Origin: Babesia bigemina
Taxonomy: Eukaryota
Direction of reading: 5' to 3'
Length of the DNA: 64,000 bases
Assembly: GCF_000981445.1 (NCBI RefSeq)
Contig: NC_027219.1
Span: 1 to 64,000 of the forward strand
The position numbers and the translations under genes are program-made. The notes beneath the pieces are model-generated. The model had not been told where the DNA came from and made no database searches. It saw nothing but the letters and a program-made list of their open reading frames with translations. Shown piece after piece: positions 45,337 through 58,262 of this stretch (position 1 is the first letter of the stretch; each line of letters begins with the position of its first letter).

Positions 45337-46305
45337 CTAGCCGCTGGGGTTGCGCAGGCTCCTGAGGTCCTGCGACCACTCCTTGCGCTCACTGAAGTGG
45401 AAGACGATATACTCGCTCATCCCGCCTCTGGGCTCGTTACCTGATAGGCGCTGTGCAGTGGTACCGTCGCTTAACCTACCGTATTGGAACCGATGCATGT
45501 CGCGGATCTCGTCTTTGAGGGCAACGCTGGCTTCGCTGCGTCCAGCGGTAAAGCGGCGCCTGTTCGTCACCGGTTTGAAGGTACACTCTCCATCCGATTG
45601 CGTGCGTTGTTCCTCACGCGTTCCTGCAAGATCGGTGCACCAGGCAGGGCGCTCGTCACCACGCCCAGCCTGTGAGTCGTACAGGTCACCACCCCTTATC
45701 TGCTCCTGTCCGCGGCCTGGCGAGCCGATGGCGTTATCGTCACACTCCCCTGCGGCTGTTTTGAGGGAGCCAAAGTAGCGTGATATAGCGTTACAAGGTT
45801 GACGGAGCTGCGCCAAAGGCGAATTGTCGTCCCGTGCCAGCGCCCGAAGTGACGACTCCAGCTGCCTGATGAAAGGCTCCTTCCCGATCCGGCCGTCTAC
45901 CAGGGCGTGCTTCGTCACCGCTAACACTTCACACAACAGCTCGAATAGGTCCGGACTTGCACGCTTGAGTGGCGCGATGAAGGCCATGGCCTCGGCGGGG
46001 CTTATGTGCCCCCTGTCCTCGAAGTCGAGGAAGTGGAAGCACCGCAAGATGTTACGCAGCACGCAACGATCAGCGTCGTCGACGCTAGTGGCATGGATAC
46101 TTGCCGAAGATCCTGTTCCACGCGCCTCGGGTGACCCTGGAGGGGATCTGACGTAGACTGCCGAACGGGTGGCGGAGGCCTTGTGGCCTACATGGAAGGA
46201 CTGCAGACGGCGGGGCTCGGCCATTCTCATTGCATCTCCCGTAGCATATGTAGGTGGCATTGGCGAAGAAGAAGCGCTAAAGCCTATGGATACCGAAATG
46301 TGCAA
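45337..46305 (-). CDS. Hypothetical protein with an EF-hand-like motif (likely start ATG ~46230)
   Basis: 322-aa ORF containing FHFLDFEDRGHISPAEA and an ECTFKP motif. Confidence 0.55.
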   Translation of the reverse strand: MHISVSIGFSASSSPMPPTYATGDAMRMAEPRRLQSFHVGHKASATRSAVYVRSPPGSPEARGTGSSASIHATSVDDADRCVLRNILRCFHFLDFEDRGHISPAEAMAFIAPLKRASPDLFELLCEVLAVTKHALVDGRIGKEPFIRQLESSLRALARDDNSPLAQLRQPCNAISRYFGSLKTAAGECDDNAIGSPGRGQEQIRGGDLYDSQAGRGDERPAWCTDLAGTREEQRTQSDGECTFKPVTNRRRFTAGRSEASVALKDEIRDMHRFQYGRLSDGTTAQRLSGNEPRGGMSEYIVFHFSERKEWSQDLRSLRNPSG

Positions 46306-46640
46306 GCTCTACAGCGAGTTTAAGCAGTTAGACACAGACGTGCCATGGCGACAGTAGTTGACGCCACTTCACTCACATCGCGATCATTTCACTGCATAAT
46401 GCATGATATGTGATGAGTAAACAAAATTTGTCGTTGGTCGTACGAATCGTCACCGGACTGGGCCGATGTGCAGCGTAACGCGCTACCGGAGGGGGCGTCA
46501 AACTGCCGTAATGGAAACAACGATACTGACAGAAATTGTACCATATTCAAAACGCAGCGAAATTCCGCTATCATACGTGCCTTCTGCTCTGCTTGCTCAA
46601 TATTTCTTTGGACGAACGATTCCCCTGCCGACCTCCTCCA

Positions 46641-47471
46641 ATGAGCACGTACCTCGTCTGTCTGCCCAACGGCGTCACCCGCAGCCTATGGGTGGATTAC
46701 GAGGCGCTATGTGAGTCGGTTGGTAGCCGAGAGGCGCTGTGCCTCCACTCATGCGCTCAAGGAGACCCCTGCCGTCGGAGCGTTCCGTGCCTCTCTAGCG
46801 ACATATTTCCGTCGCTGATCGAGCAGAACTTCGGCATAGGCAGGGAGTCGAGCCGTCTATCGATACGCGGGGGAATAAGAACGAAGGTTGCAGTCGACCC
46901 TCACGCCACTATTGACCCGTCGAGGACACTGACGGGCGCCTCGTCCCAAGCGGAGTCGGATTGTCGCGGTGATTACGCACAAAACAGCTATGACACCGAA
47001 TTGTGCACCGGTCCCGCCCACCAACTGCTCAAGGACGACGTGGTGATAAGCGTGTCATGCAGGCTACTCGGGGGTAAGGGAGGGTTCGGCGCCCTGCTGA
47101 AGGCCAAGGGCAACCGCAAGAAGCAGAGCTCCAACGTCGACTCGTGCAGAACCCTTACCGGAGAACGCATCAGGCACACGCGGCTGAACGAGCTTGCCCA
47201 GCGGCAGCGGGAGAGCACGGTGGATCCCGGAGTTGCGCGGTTGCCGCTGCCAAAGGAAGCACCCGAGCCGGCAGTGGACGCTTCTACGCAAGCAACCCAC
47301 CTCAAGCACGCGAAGAAGGTGCGCAAGGAGTCCAAGCGGGTGAAGAGCACGGTAGTGAAGGGGCTTACCAACTCGACGTCGGTTGAGGGGCAGACGCCAA
47401 CGGACGCAGAGCGGCAGCAGTTGGTGGAGCGGGCGCTGAATCAGTGCATGGACGTATATGATCTCGCCTAG
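46641..47471 (+). CDS. SDE2: SDE2-like ubiquitin-fold splicing/replication-stress factor
   Basis: Signature RLLGGKGGFGALLKA followed by NVDSCRTLTGERIRH. Confidence 0.85.
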   Translation: MSTYLVCLPNGVTRSLWVDYEALCESVGSREALCLHSCAQGDPCRRSVPCLSSDIFPSLIEQNFGIGRESSRLSIRGGIRTKVAVDPHATIDPSRTLTGASSQAESDCRGDYAQNSYDTELCTGPAHQLLKDDVVISVSCRLLGGKGGFGALLKAKGNRKKQSSNVDSCRTLTGERIRHTRLNELAQRQRESTVDPGVARLPLPKEAPEPAVDASTQATHLKHAKKVRKESKRVKSTVVKGLTNSTSVEGQTPTDAERQQLVERALNQCMDVYDLA

Positions 47472-47863
47472 ATATGTGGCACGGGTGTTATCCGGCTATT
47501 AAGACCCATTATGGTCCCGCTTATATACTGGTGAGCAGTATGCGTAACGGACGCATCTCACTGCTGCTGGCAATATTAGACATCGTAATTAATGTAGCAA
47601 ACGTTGTTAATTAAATTCTGTGAGTTAAGTGGCACAATATCGACCACGTTTGCCCACCTCTGCCGCGAAATGTAAGCTCCGCCCTGGTGATGGTGTGTCG
47701 AAGGTCACGTTACCTGGAGCAGTTAGCGGATTCCACCGCTCTATATACCTATACCTTCGTTGTTTTAATGTAGCATCGGCCAGGATGATGGCCGTCTTGA
47801 TGTGTCGCAGTTGAGGCTGCCTCCTGCCCGGTCACAACGTCCACTGCTTCCTGCGCCGCCACG

Positions 47864-48890
47864 ATGCTTTTCACCAAGACCTTCCTCTGCAACCTCGACT
47901 GGGATAGCGTGACGGTGGGTTAAGCATCGTGATGTGTATTTGCTTCCCTGACGTATGCTTATCTGTTGCCTTCCGTAGTCGGCTACGCCTTGGTCATCTG
48001 TCTGCAGCGCGCCTTCTATCGCATGTACCCCTCGAAGTACTACCCGCACGTGAAGGAAGTCCACGTCATCGACCATGAGCTGGTGCCGGAGAAGCGCCAG
48101 CTTCGGGTGCGCCGCATTGCCAGGGTGAAGTACGACCTGCCCTCGATCGTCCGTGAGTTAATGCGCACTGTAGAATCTTCAACCATTGAGATTGGTTTGT
48201 CTTTCGTGTATGAGTTTATGATTGCTTTCGTTTTTCTGCTGTTGAAGCCTACAAGTGCAATTCTGTGATGCGTCCATGCCCGGTGTCATGGTATAATGCG
48301 CGTGACCTAGTATGCGTTGAACAAAAACCATCTGTGCGACACAAAGGCCGCAATGTGATGATTGTATCCATTGTGCTCGATTATGTAGCGCTAACATGTG
48401 GCGCTTGATTTGATGCATCGTGTGGCGCTCAAAAGCTGATATTCACATTTCCTGTCTACGTGCTCTATCCTCCGCTTGCATTTCCCATCCGCCCTGCAGA
48501 CTACATCGTGGGGCCTAGCATCGAGTACTTCGTGCTGGAGGACTCTGTCGTGGATTTGGGTGCTAGATGCCTGTCGCACAGAACGTTCGGGTTGACCATG
48601 AAGGACTCGTACACGTGAGCTCCAGCGGTTGTCGTGACAAAACGCGCAGTTACAACGAGACGGCGACTATACGGGCGACGCCAAACGGCCAGTCCGAGTA
48701 CAGCAGCTCAACGGACTTCGGGATCCTTGCCTTCGGCTTCCTCAACTCCACGCTGGAAGCTGTAAGTCCGCCAAACCGCGTGCTTTTCATCAGCCATCTC
48801 CAGGTTGCGCGCCGTGTGGTGAGTGACTTCTCCAAGACTGAGGCCCACCATAAGGCGCTGATGCAAGCCGCTGCGCGCCTCGGTGACTAG
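47864..48890 (+). CDS. PRELI/MSF1-family lipid transfer protein, multi-exon
   Basis: Spliced MLFTKTFLCNLDWDSVT-SAFYRMYPSKYYPHVKEVHVIDH...YFVLEDSVVD...YNETATIR matches the PRELI pattern. Confidence 0.75.
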
Positions 48891-49034
48891 TTGTGGAACC
48901 TGGCTCCACTGCGTGACTTAAGTGGCCAAGTGTGGGTATCGGTAATGCTAACGCTGACGGCTACGCTTATGTTAAAGTACAACATTAAGATGCGTTGTCT
49001 TGTTTACTTACGTGGAGCTGATCCAACGGCAGTA

Positions 49035-49580
49035 TTATTGCAGCGCGTGCTGCGCCACCTCCGGCTTGTGGGCGAGCAGCGACTCTATGTGGTCCAGGAC
49101 GAAGAAGGCCACTATGCCGCTGATGTCCATCCCGTAGAGGGCAGGAATCGCCGCCTGGAAGAGCTTGAGATAAGCGTCGGTCGCTTGGTACACGGCGTCA
49201 AACGGGAAGAGGTAGGGGTTCACCTGCGGCAGCCACTCCAGCAGGTTGCGGACGTGGAGCAGGAACCTGAAGATGCGAATTCCGTACACAGCGCCGAGCA
49301 CAATGCCAGCACCGTGATCCTTCCACGTCTGCAGCAGCGCGCGCTCCCACGCCGTAGGCTTCGGAGCTGTTACCTGCGACAAGGCGACTGGCGGCGAGGC
49401 ACCACCGCACGCCCTGGTCTGAACCTTCCTAGGGCGGTGCCACCCGCTGCAATATACACCCTGCTTAAGGGCGGAAGACGGTTGCAGAAAGCACGGGGAA
49501 GCCTGAAGAGAGTTGCAGTACCGCGTCGCGCTAACACATACTGCCGGCAGCAACACACTCAACGTAAGCAAGGCTCTCAT
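49035..49580 (-). CDS. YGGT (YlmG/Ycf19) family membrane protein, probably apicoplast-targeted
   Basis: LLEWLPQVNPYLFPF...TDAYLKLFQAAIPALYGMDISGIVAFFVL motif; N-terminal signal peptide MRALLTLSVLL followed by a basic transit-like stretch. Confidence 0.85.
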   Translation of the reverse strand: MRALLTLSVLLPAVCVSATRYCNSLQASPCFLQPSSALKQGVYCSGWHRPRKVQTRACGGASPPVALSQVTAPKPTAWERALLQTWKDHGAGIVLGAVYGIRIFRFLLHVRNLLEWLPQVNPYLFPFDAVYQATDAYLKLFQAAIPALYGMDISGIVAFFVLDHIESLLAHKPEVAQHALQ

Positions 49581-49715
49581 GGCAGCCTTCCATCGGTAAA
49601 TACCAACGAGGAAACAAATCGCAATTCTCACGTCCCGCACATCACGTCGGGGGGCCTGTTATCCCTCACAACGCTCGCCTGTCCATTTGCGCCGCCTTCC
49701 TCGCCATTGCCCACA

Positions 49716-50053
49716 ATGGAGTCGCGGACTAGCACCACCACCTCCTCCAGCGCTGGCAGCACGCTGGAAGTCACGCGCGAGGGCAACATCGCAGGGTTCC
49801 GGGAGGAGCTCATCTACGAGACCATCAGCCTGGACGACTGCCACTACGACGAGTCCGTTCAGGTCTTCTACTACGCGTGCCCGTGCGGGGACCTGTTCGA
49901 ATTCACGCTGGAGCAGCTCAAGGCAGGTGAGTGCACTCGACCACGGTCTTATCCCATGCAGGCAACCTCGTGTCGGAGTGTCCCAGCTGCTCGCTCCGGG
50001 TGCGCATGGACCTCAAGGACGGCGACCTGGACCCTTACATTGCGACCTGCTAA
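49716..50053 (+). CDS. DPH3: Diphthamide biosynthesis protein 3 (CSL zinc finger, Kti11), 2 exons
   Basis: IYETISLDD...YYACPCGDLF; after the intron at 49927-49961 it reads GNLVSECPSCSLRVR. Confidence 0.92.
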
Positions 50054-50159
50054 TGGCAATACGCTAACTTCGGCGTTGTTAGTGTAGCAATTGCGCCACG
50101 TATCGGCTCGTGTAACTCTATCGCATTCCTAATTGTATTAACGTTTCCACCATGCGTCG

Positions 50160-52308
50160 TCACAGGGACAGCAGCTCCCGGGGGTTGCAGCTGCCCTTGG
50201 AAGCGCGGTTACGGAGGTCCGGCACCCTGTGCCTCGCTCTCTTGGCTCTGGGGTACCAGCGGATAGGTGAGCCCGTCAGGTTGAGTGACCGCCGGAAAAA
50301 GACCTCCAGGTACTCGGCGTAGTCGTCGGTCAGCAGGCGCTCGTCGTTGCAGAACAGCGCAATGCCAGGTGGCTGGCTGTGAACCTGGATGGCGTTGTTG
50401 CGTGCAGGATGTTAGCGGTGTGTACCTGGCAGACGTAGTAGATGTTCAGTCGTTTCCCATGCGTCACGGGCGGCTTCTGGAGGAAGGTCGCCTCGCGCAG
50501 AACCTCGTTCAGCAAGGCGGTGGTGAAACTCTTGGAGAACTGCGCAACAGTGTAGCCGTGGAATGTGCAATGGCAAACGTGGATACCTGTTACAACGCAG
50601 CGCTGCTTACCTGTTCGTGCGCGTTCTGGCATGCCTCCAGGACGTTGCTGACTCGCTGGGCGGTCTTGGCGGAGGTGAAGACGACATCGGCGTAGTCCAG
50701 CCAGTGCAGTTTCTCCTTCACGTAGCTAACTGCGTTCTTGTACACCGTGGGATCCTTGTCCACCAGGTCCCACTTGTTGCACACGATAACCGCGGCGCGG
50801 CTCTCCGCCCGTATCTCCTCGGCCAGCTTCACATCGTTGCGGGAGATGCCCCAGCTCGCGTCCACCACCAGCACGCACACGTCGCTCCTGCGGATTGCCT
50901 GAGAAAAGGTCAGCATATGCAGGGCCGGGCTCGGCAGCTGCCGGGGCAACTCACCCTCAGGCTGCGACCCTTGGGGAGGAAACTCCGACGGTCCTTCGAC
51001 TGTAGACGCATGCCGGCGGTGTCGATCAATAGGTAACGCTGTTCCCCTAGAAGCAGTGATTAGCGAAACTTCAGGTACGAGATGTACACTACGGCATACA
51101 TCCAGCAGTGCCAACTTGACACACCCGGTGTTTACTAACGACTGCCATGGTTCACATAGAAGCCATTATATGCATACACAGGGCACAACGAGGTTGTACA
51201 TTAGCGCACCCATACCTCTGACAATGGGCACCTCCACCGTGTCCAGGGTGGTGCCCTCCTTCGGCGACACCAGGCAGCGTGAGCTCCCAGCCAGCAGATT
51301 CACCAGCGAAGACTTGCCGCAGTTGGGCCTGAAACATATCCAAGGTGACAACCAAGTACCAACCTCCCGACGAACGATACCACCACGTCGTGCCGCTCCT
51401 CTATAGTGCAACGCCCAAATCCGGCAACGCAACTGCAGCCAGCTTAGCGTCAATGAAGCACCACCTACTCATTGAGGAGCTCCCCGAGCCCAGTGCCGTG
51501 CAGCGCGCTCACTGGGTACGGACGGCCCAGACCCAGCCTCCAGAATTGCTGAGCAACGTGACACCGGCACCACGCCACGTACCTCAGCCAAAACGTCGCC
51601 AAAGTGGAACGACTCGCACTTGTTCACACACAGCAACACGCGCAGATTTCCCCTCTTTTTCAAAGCGTCCAGCACGAAGTCCCGCACCTCCAGGTCACCC
51701 TCGGTGAGCCCTTCCTGGCCGTCAACCACCACTATGGCCACCGACGCATGGTCCAGAGAATCTCCCACTTGGGCCTTAATCTAAGCGCACATGAGCCACT
51801 TTCCAGCCGCACTCACCGACTCGGCGTATTCACTCTCGTCCTCCAGCCCGCCGGTGTCTATTAGCCGGAAGGTGCACCCCTCCCAGTCGGCCAGCGCATA
51901 TTGGCGATCCCTGACACGGAGTTACGTAGTTGGCAATGCGCACTACCTAGTGGTGCCTGGCGATTCCGACACGATGCTGCCGCGGTGGAACTGAGCGGTT
52001 ATGCGAGCGAATCACGTCGCATGGCACCTCACCTGCTTGGAGATGCGATTGAAGATGGAGGATTTGCCGACATTCGGACGACCAACGATTGCAACCACAG
52101 GCTCGCATGGTGAATCTACGCGGTCATCTGGTTCCTGCAACTGAGGTTCTCCTTCTCCGGAGGGTTGGAAGTGCGCTCGTCGTACTGCAGGCCGCCGGCA
52201 CGAAGCCGACCTTCCACTAAGTGCCCAGCAGCATTCTCGGCACGGCTGCAGGAACCCGTACACCACGCTGTGAGCCACAACTATCAGCGAGATGCTCAGG
52301 AATCTCAT
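50160..52308 (-). CDS. der: Der/EngA double-domain ribosome biogenesis GTPase, multi-exon, probably apicoplast-targeted
   Basis: Two G domains ([38 protein letters not shown]), C-terminal [11 protein letters not shown] and GSPIR motifs, N-terminal signal peptide. Confidence 0.9.
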
Positions 52309-52616
52309 GAAATCATGACATTGAGCACCTACGGAGGCCGCACATGTGCGACGCTTCTACACCCCTACGAAGGCAGCCAACGCAACACATCCCGGCGATA
52401 CGGGCACTACATGGCGTGTATAGTTTTTGTATACGGTTGTTGTACGGTGGAGTTCGTGTCTATCTCAGTCGCGGACGGTCAGAGCCACCTTCCTGCTCCA
52501 CTGGCCGGCGAATGGACGACGAAGAAGGCCCAGCAGCGCGATAATACTGTGTTAATACACTTACTAGAGTATCTACAACAGCTATGCCCCTAATGCCGAC
52601 CTATTGCCGAGTTGCC

Positions 52617-54346
52617 TCATCTGTTGAAGAAGGACCTACAACACCGTCACACAGCACTCAGCAACGAACTCACGTCAGCGTCATCTGGTGGAGCTGCTTC
52701 TGAGGCTTCTTCAGCAGCCCCTTTCTGTCACCCTCCGAGCTGCGTTCTTCCCGGCCATGCTTCAGCGGAGCCGAGGTGGGCCCTCGGGCAGGCGAGTTCA
52801 CCTGAACGTACTCATCGCTCTCCTCCACCACGAAGTAGCCGCTGTCCACGTAGGTGTTATCGCGCGTCACCTGCAACCTTTAAGGCGCTTATCCGATAAA
52901 GCGACACACCTTTTCCACGTAGCTCACTGGGCGGTCATTGCAGCTTGCGTCGTCCAGCTCCATGGCTTCGCAGGGGTCGTCTGAACGCGTGTGGCGCGGA
53001 TACGCACCGACTCACCGCACTCAAACAGGGAGCCTTCCAACGCGTCGCTCTGCGATATCGCAGCCGGGGCGACCTGGGATGAGGGTGCCGCCGCACTGCT
53101 GCTGGGCTGCGCCAACTTTTGGGACACGAACGACTGGAAGTCTTTGTGCGTGTTTGCTGCACTCTCGCCTGGCGCTGATGTAGCTATCCTCTCGACTCTT
53201 GGCTGCGTCGGTTGCGTTGCCCCGGGAGCTGCTGCCTGCGCTTGCGCTTCTGCTGGCCGGTGGCTTGGCACGGCGGCCGGAGGCGGCGCATCCACCCTAG
53301 GCTTCTTAGTGACACCCTCGCTCTTTACGTGCCCATATCCGTTCAGCCCGAATAGCTTCTGCTGGCTCGTTTTGCTTTCCGGAGTGGTGCGTGCAGCGGG
53401 TGTGGCAGCAGGAGCCCTTGCACCGCCGGACGGCACGGAAGGCTTCGGAGTAGGAGCGCACAAGGCGCTGTCACTGAAGGGCGTCATAACACAGCGCGCA
53501 GACCTACCCCTGTTTGCCCCGTTCGTATTTGCGTATCCTGATGTTAGGTGTCAGCAGCTGGGCGTAGCTGAAAAGCGGGTCAACAACTGGCAACTGTCGC
53601 CTCACCTAGGAATGTACAGGCTCTCTTTCTCCGAGCAGCGCTTCAGCTCGCCCTCCACCAAATCAGTCTCGTGCTTCCAACACAGCTGACTCACTGCAGC
53701 TCCCCCGTTTAATGCGCCGACGTACACCGCGAACACAGACGACTTCACATCTGGGTACCTGCTCCGCAGCGCTGCGACGAATGTACTGGAGCAATCACAA
53801 ATGCAGTGTGGAGTTATATGACGCCTTGTATTACGCTTCATATCACAATATATGGCGTATGAATATGCAGGCTGCCTGTACCCGCCGCTGTAACGAACGA
53901 TGGGTACCCAGTGCAGCAACGTGTATGGTCACCCCGGCTCAGCATGGGTGCGTTGGTGAGCTCGCAACACGTGACAGCCAAGGGGTGTCTCAGCAGGGTG
54001 TCGCCATCTACATTGACACGGCAGGACGGAGCAGTAACGTCTAAGCAACTAACCTTCCAAATCAGCCTCGGTCTTGTGAGACAAAACCACGTCGCCGCCC
54101 TCGTCCGAGTGGCATACCGAGTATAGCAAACCAACGCCTTCCTTGCCACTGGCGAACTCTTCGACTGCCCTGCCTCACTGTGTGCCCCAAATAGTCGCCA
54201 ACATACCGCTGGGCGCTGCCGAAGTCGACACCGAGCGAATGGGTGACCACAGCGACCGTGACCTGCTGCTTGTAAAAACATCAAAAGCGACGTACACATT
54301 TACAATCGGCGAGCAGCTGCTCTATGACGAGACTCGGAGTCGCCAT
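52617..54346 (-). CDS. POLD3: DNA polymerase delta subunit 3 (Cdc27/Pol32)-like, multi-exon
   Basis: Spliced C-terminal PIP box QMTLTSFFNR*, preceded by TYVDSGYFVVEE; disordered middle; N-terminal VTVAVVTHSLGVDFGSAQRYV. Confidence 0.7.
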
Positions 54347-54454
54347 TCTACGAGCCTTCTATGGAAGTTATAACCGACTCTGGGTGCCAGGGATAGCGAG
54401 GCCATGCTCCACACACTAGCCGATGTGCGGGCGGACAACCTAACGCGGCACAAA

Positions 54455-55958
54455 ATGCCGCCGGAATCGCGCGTGGATAACGAGCAAGTCTACTATTTCC
54501 TGCTGAGCAACCTCAACGACAGGCTGTCCATCGAGGGATTCGCCTACGAGCCCATCAAGCTCGGCGGTGTCTACTGGACGTTGACGGCCATTTCGCTCCT
54601 TAAGGGCGCAGTTAACGACATTGTGCACCCCAGACTGAACCGCGATCTGGAAACCATAGTCTACGACATTGTCGAGGGCTCCAAGAACGCGGACGGCGGC
54701 TTCGGCAACGCTCCTGGCCACCCCTCCTCTATTATCGCAACTCATGTAAGCGTTCGTCGCGCCGGCAACTTGACGCTACGCAGTATGCTATCCTCACACT
54801 GAGCCTGCTGGGGAGGCAGGACTCCATCGACAAGGAGCTCACGGCGAAGTACATCTCGGGACTGCAGGTACGGCCACGAACGCTGCTGCATGCCACACGC
54901 TTGCGTCATTCACGGTTACCGTGTGTTGGTATATTGGGTTGTTTTGCTGTATCCAGTTGGTGTTCACAACCTGTTTCGCTTGGTGATAAGCGAGGATGGC
55001 AGCTTTAACGAAAGCGCAGAACGCGGATGGGAGCTTCAACTGCGACCTCTTTGGAGAGGCGGACGCAAGGTTGGTTGTTACACGGAAAGACCTATATCGC
55101 TATGTAGGCACATCTACAGCTCTGTGATCTGCCTGTCTGTGCTGGGCGCGCTGGACAGCGTAGACGTGGGCGGGATCGTGCGGTTCCTGTTGAGTTGCCA
55201 GAATGCTGACGGCGGGTTCTGCTGGTACCCTAGGGGTGAATCGCACGCTGCAGCCGCGTTCTGTTGTGTCGGCGCGTTGTCTGAGTTGGGTGCGCTTCAC
55301 CTGGCGGACCTGGACGCATTGGGGCTTTGGCTTGCCGAACGGCAGACTCCAGGTGCGTTGAAGTCACCGTGGCCTATCTCATTTTGTTGTGATTTAAGTA
55401 CGCAGTTGTGTGATGGTCTAATCAATGTTGCGCGTTCATGTTTGTTTTCATTGCTGTCTTAATGCTGGCACGTTATTACCTGCCACAACACTGCGCAACT
55501 GGGCCACCTGGGTGATTATTGCTATCATTTTTCATGGACACTCTGTTTGCCGTCCGGATGTGTCAACACTCGTGTGCACTGAACTATTGTTACAGGTGGC
55601 GGTTGCAACGGGCGAGCGGAGAAGGCGCCCGATATATGCTACTCCTGGTGGGTGCTCTCCGCACTACACAACATAGGTAATCCGATGGTGGCTGCAGTAA
55701 CTCTGCGCAGGCCGATTTGAGTGGTTCGACTCGGAGAAACTCGTCGGCTTCATAACCCGGGCGCAAAACCAGGAAGACGGCGGCATCGCCTATCTACCAG
55801 GGTTCATGGGGGACGTATTCCACACCTTCTTCGCGCTCGCCGCGCTGGCACTGATTGACCACGAGCGCTTCGGGCTTACGCAGGTCCATCCTGTCTACGC
55901 CACCACGCCTTTCGGGCTCCGGGGGCTGACTGGCATTCGCGGAAACACGGGTGAATGA
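54455..55958 (+). CDS. RABGGTB: Rab geranylgeranyltransferase (type II) beta subunit, multi-exon
   Basis: [63 protein letters not shown] prenyltransferase motifs. Confidence 0.92.
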
Positions 55959-55959
55959 A

Positions 55960-58262
55960 TTATAGCTTCTTGTTGCGCAGCAGCGGGGAGGACAGGAACC
56001 CCTCCAGTGACCCCTTGCAGTCCACCAGCCCTGCCTGATTCATCGTCCCTCCGTTCTCTCTGACACGCTTGATCAACAAAATGTGTGCCCTACCTGATGA
56101 ACGCGACGCACTCCTCCTCCGACCCAAAGCGTAGCGTCTCCTTGATGGTGTCCACGGACAGCGACATCGCAGTGCTCGCCATCGCGACTAGCGCGTTCAT
56201 GCGGAAGCGAGGCTCAAACATCTTGAAAAGCAGCTTCGCGTAAAATGGCGGTGCAGTGATCAGGTCATCCACGCCCGGAGGGCACACGGGGCCTGCTGCT
56301 GGGCCCTCGGTGAAGTTATCCGTGGAGAAGGCCTCGGAATATATCGCGCGAATGCAGGCGTCCTTGTCGATTCCGCTGGTGTCCGCAACCCTGAAGTACT
56401 CCACAAAGTTGCCCTCGGACAGGAAGGTCCTGATCGCGTCGGCGTAACTGAAATACGCGCTGCTCCGGAAATCGGAGTCCAATGCGTCACCTGCGAGCAT
56501 CAGCTATAAATTGACGAGCACCTACGCAAGTATCGCAGCACGTCCATGTGCATGTGCTGCATCGAGAGGTACAGCAGGAAGTAGCAGTCGAACTCCACCT
56601 AACGCCACCATGGATGTCACCCTTACTAATTAACCAACCTGATACTGCGGGAAACCGCCCACTCGTCTGTGGAGGTGCCTCAACTGCGTCTGGCACTGGT
56701 TGAACTGGTCCAAGTCGCCGTGCACCAAAGCGATCCGGGCGTTGGCCGCATACAGCTTCACCACGAAGGGGCCGCTGAGGTGCTGCACTTGCACGTCCTG
56801 TCGAATCGAACGGAACTGCTCCTCGATATACCGGTAGTTGAAGCTGCGCATGAACGTATCGAACACGTGTCTGAAGGCCTTCCGCAGCACGCGCTCCGGC
56901 CTCACCACTGCCGGGTTGGGCTCCGCAGTCAGACGCAAATACGGCTTCTCCAGGGTCTCGCACACTCCCACTACAGCACGGCCCTTCTGAGGCCTAAAGT
57001 TGTACACCTGGCACAGCATAGATTCGGAACACGCCGCAACGTACCCCTTCCCCTCCTGGCAGGCTCTTGAACCGTTCCGACCGCTGCTGCCTCTTACGGA
57101 GCTCGAAGGTTTCGCCGTTCGGCGACGGTGCTTGCGATTTGGCGCTGCCACGGTGCGCAGGAAGTGGCCTGCGAGACGTAGCCGCCGCGCTGTTCTCCCG
57201 CGGAGGAGGAGGCGGGGGTTCCACCGCCGGCACGGCAGTCATACGGCCATTAGCTGCTTTCCGCAAAACCGGCTCGGCAGTGCCCATTATCTCATACGGA
57301 CTGGGGATCACCAGGTCCTTCATCGTCAGCGAGCCGTTCCTGCGTCGGATGTACGACGGAGCGCAGACGCGTACCTATGGCGCTGCACAACGCGCTCCAC
57401 GAACTCGCTAATCTTGGTTCGGAACCCCTTCGAGCACGCACCCTGACGCGCCATTAGCGACTCTAAGCACAACAATACCATGGCATGATGGGCGTACAGG
57501 CGCTGGATCCAGTTGTTGATATCGTCCATCGTGGGAACGTCGGGGCCGTAGGGCTTTTTAGGCTGCGATGCGCCGGTCGGTTTTCCCACATCAACGGTGA
57601 TGTCGCTGCTGAACTGTGGCGGGACTCTACGCGTCGCACCCGTGGCTGCCGCGCTTCCATGTACCGGCTCCGAGGGCCACGGCCTGGGGCGTACCTTGGA
57701 CTCTGAAGCTTGTGACTAAGTACGACAGCAACCGCACCGTCATTGCCCCTCGACACCTTCAGGGTAATTGGGATGAGATTCTTCGAAGCAGATTTACGGG
57801 TGGCCACTGGAGTTGTCGACAAAGGTATACGCCACGCATTCTTGGGAGTCAGCTTCACGCCGCTCAGCAGGTTAGCCCGATTGTACGTAACCGCAGGCCC
57901 CGGCACTGGGGGCGGCATCTTCAGATCCACTGCAGGAGGCGGTGGACGTATCATCATCCTTCTCGCCTCCGACGCAGCCAATTCATCGTTGTAGCCTATT
58001 CACGCATGAGCAATGTTGCAGACACGGACCAATGATGTAACGGGATACAGAGACAGATGCGTTAGTGCCGCCATTTAATTAGGCATACTGAAGGTCCCAT
58101 AGTGCCACTGACAACCACGGAGGATGCTTAGCTTGCACAGTGGGACCAGGACGTCCTCAAGCTACAATAGACCGCTGACCTACCCTGCTGCTTGAAGTAC
58201 GCGAAGAGCATGTTGTAGCTCGGAGCAGGCGGTGGCCTCACAGGCGGCCCTGTGTTCCTCAT
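55960..58262 (-). CDS. SAC3/GANP-domain protein (LENG8/Thp3-like), multi-exon
   Basis: VVGVCETLEKPYLRLTAEPNPAVVRPERVL...EQFRSIRQDVQVQH...ARIALVHGDLDQFNQCQTQL; the start position is uncertain. Confidence 0.85.

Noticed and set aside
48891..50087. 398-aa plus-strand ORF
   Set aside because: Antisense shadow of the YGGT gene running into DPH3 exon 1
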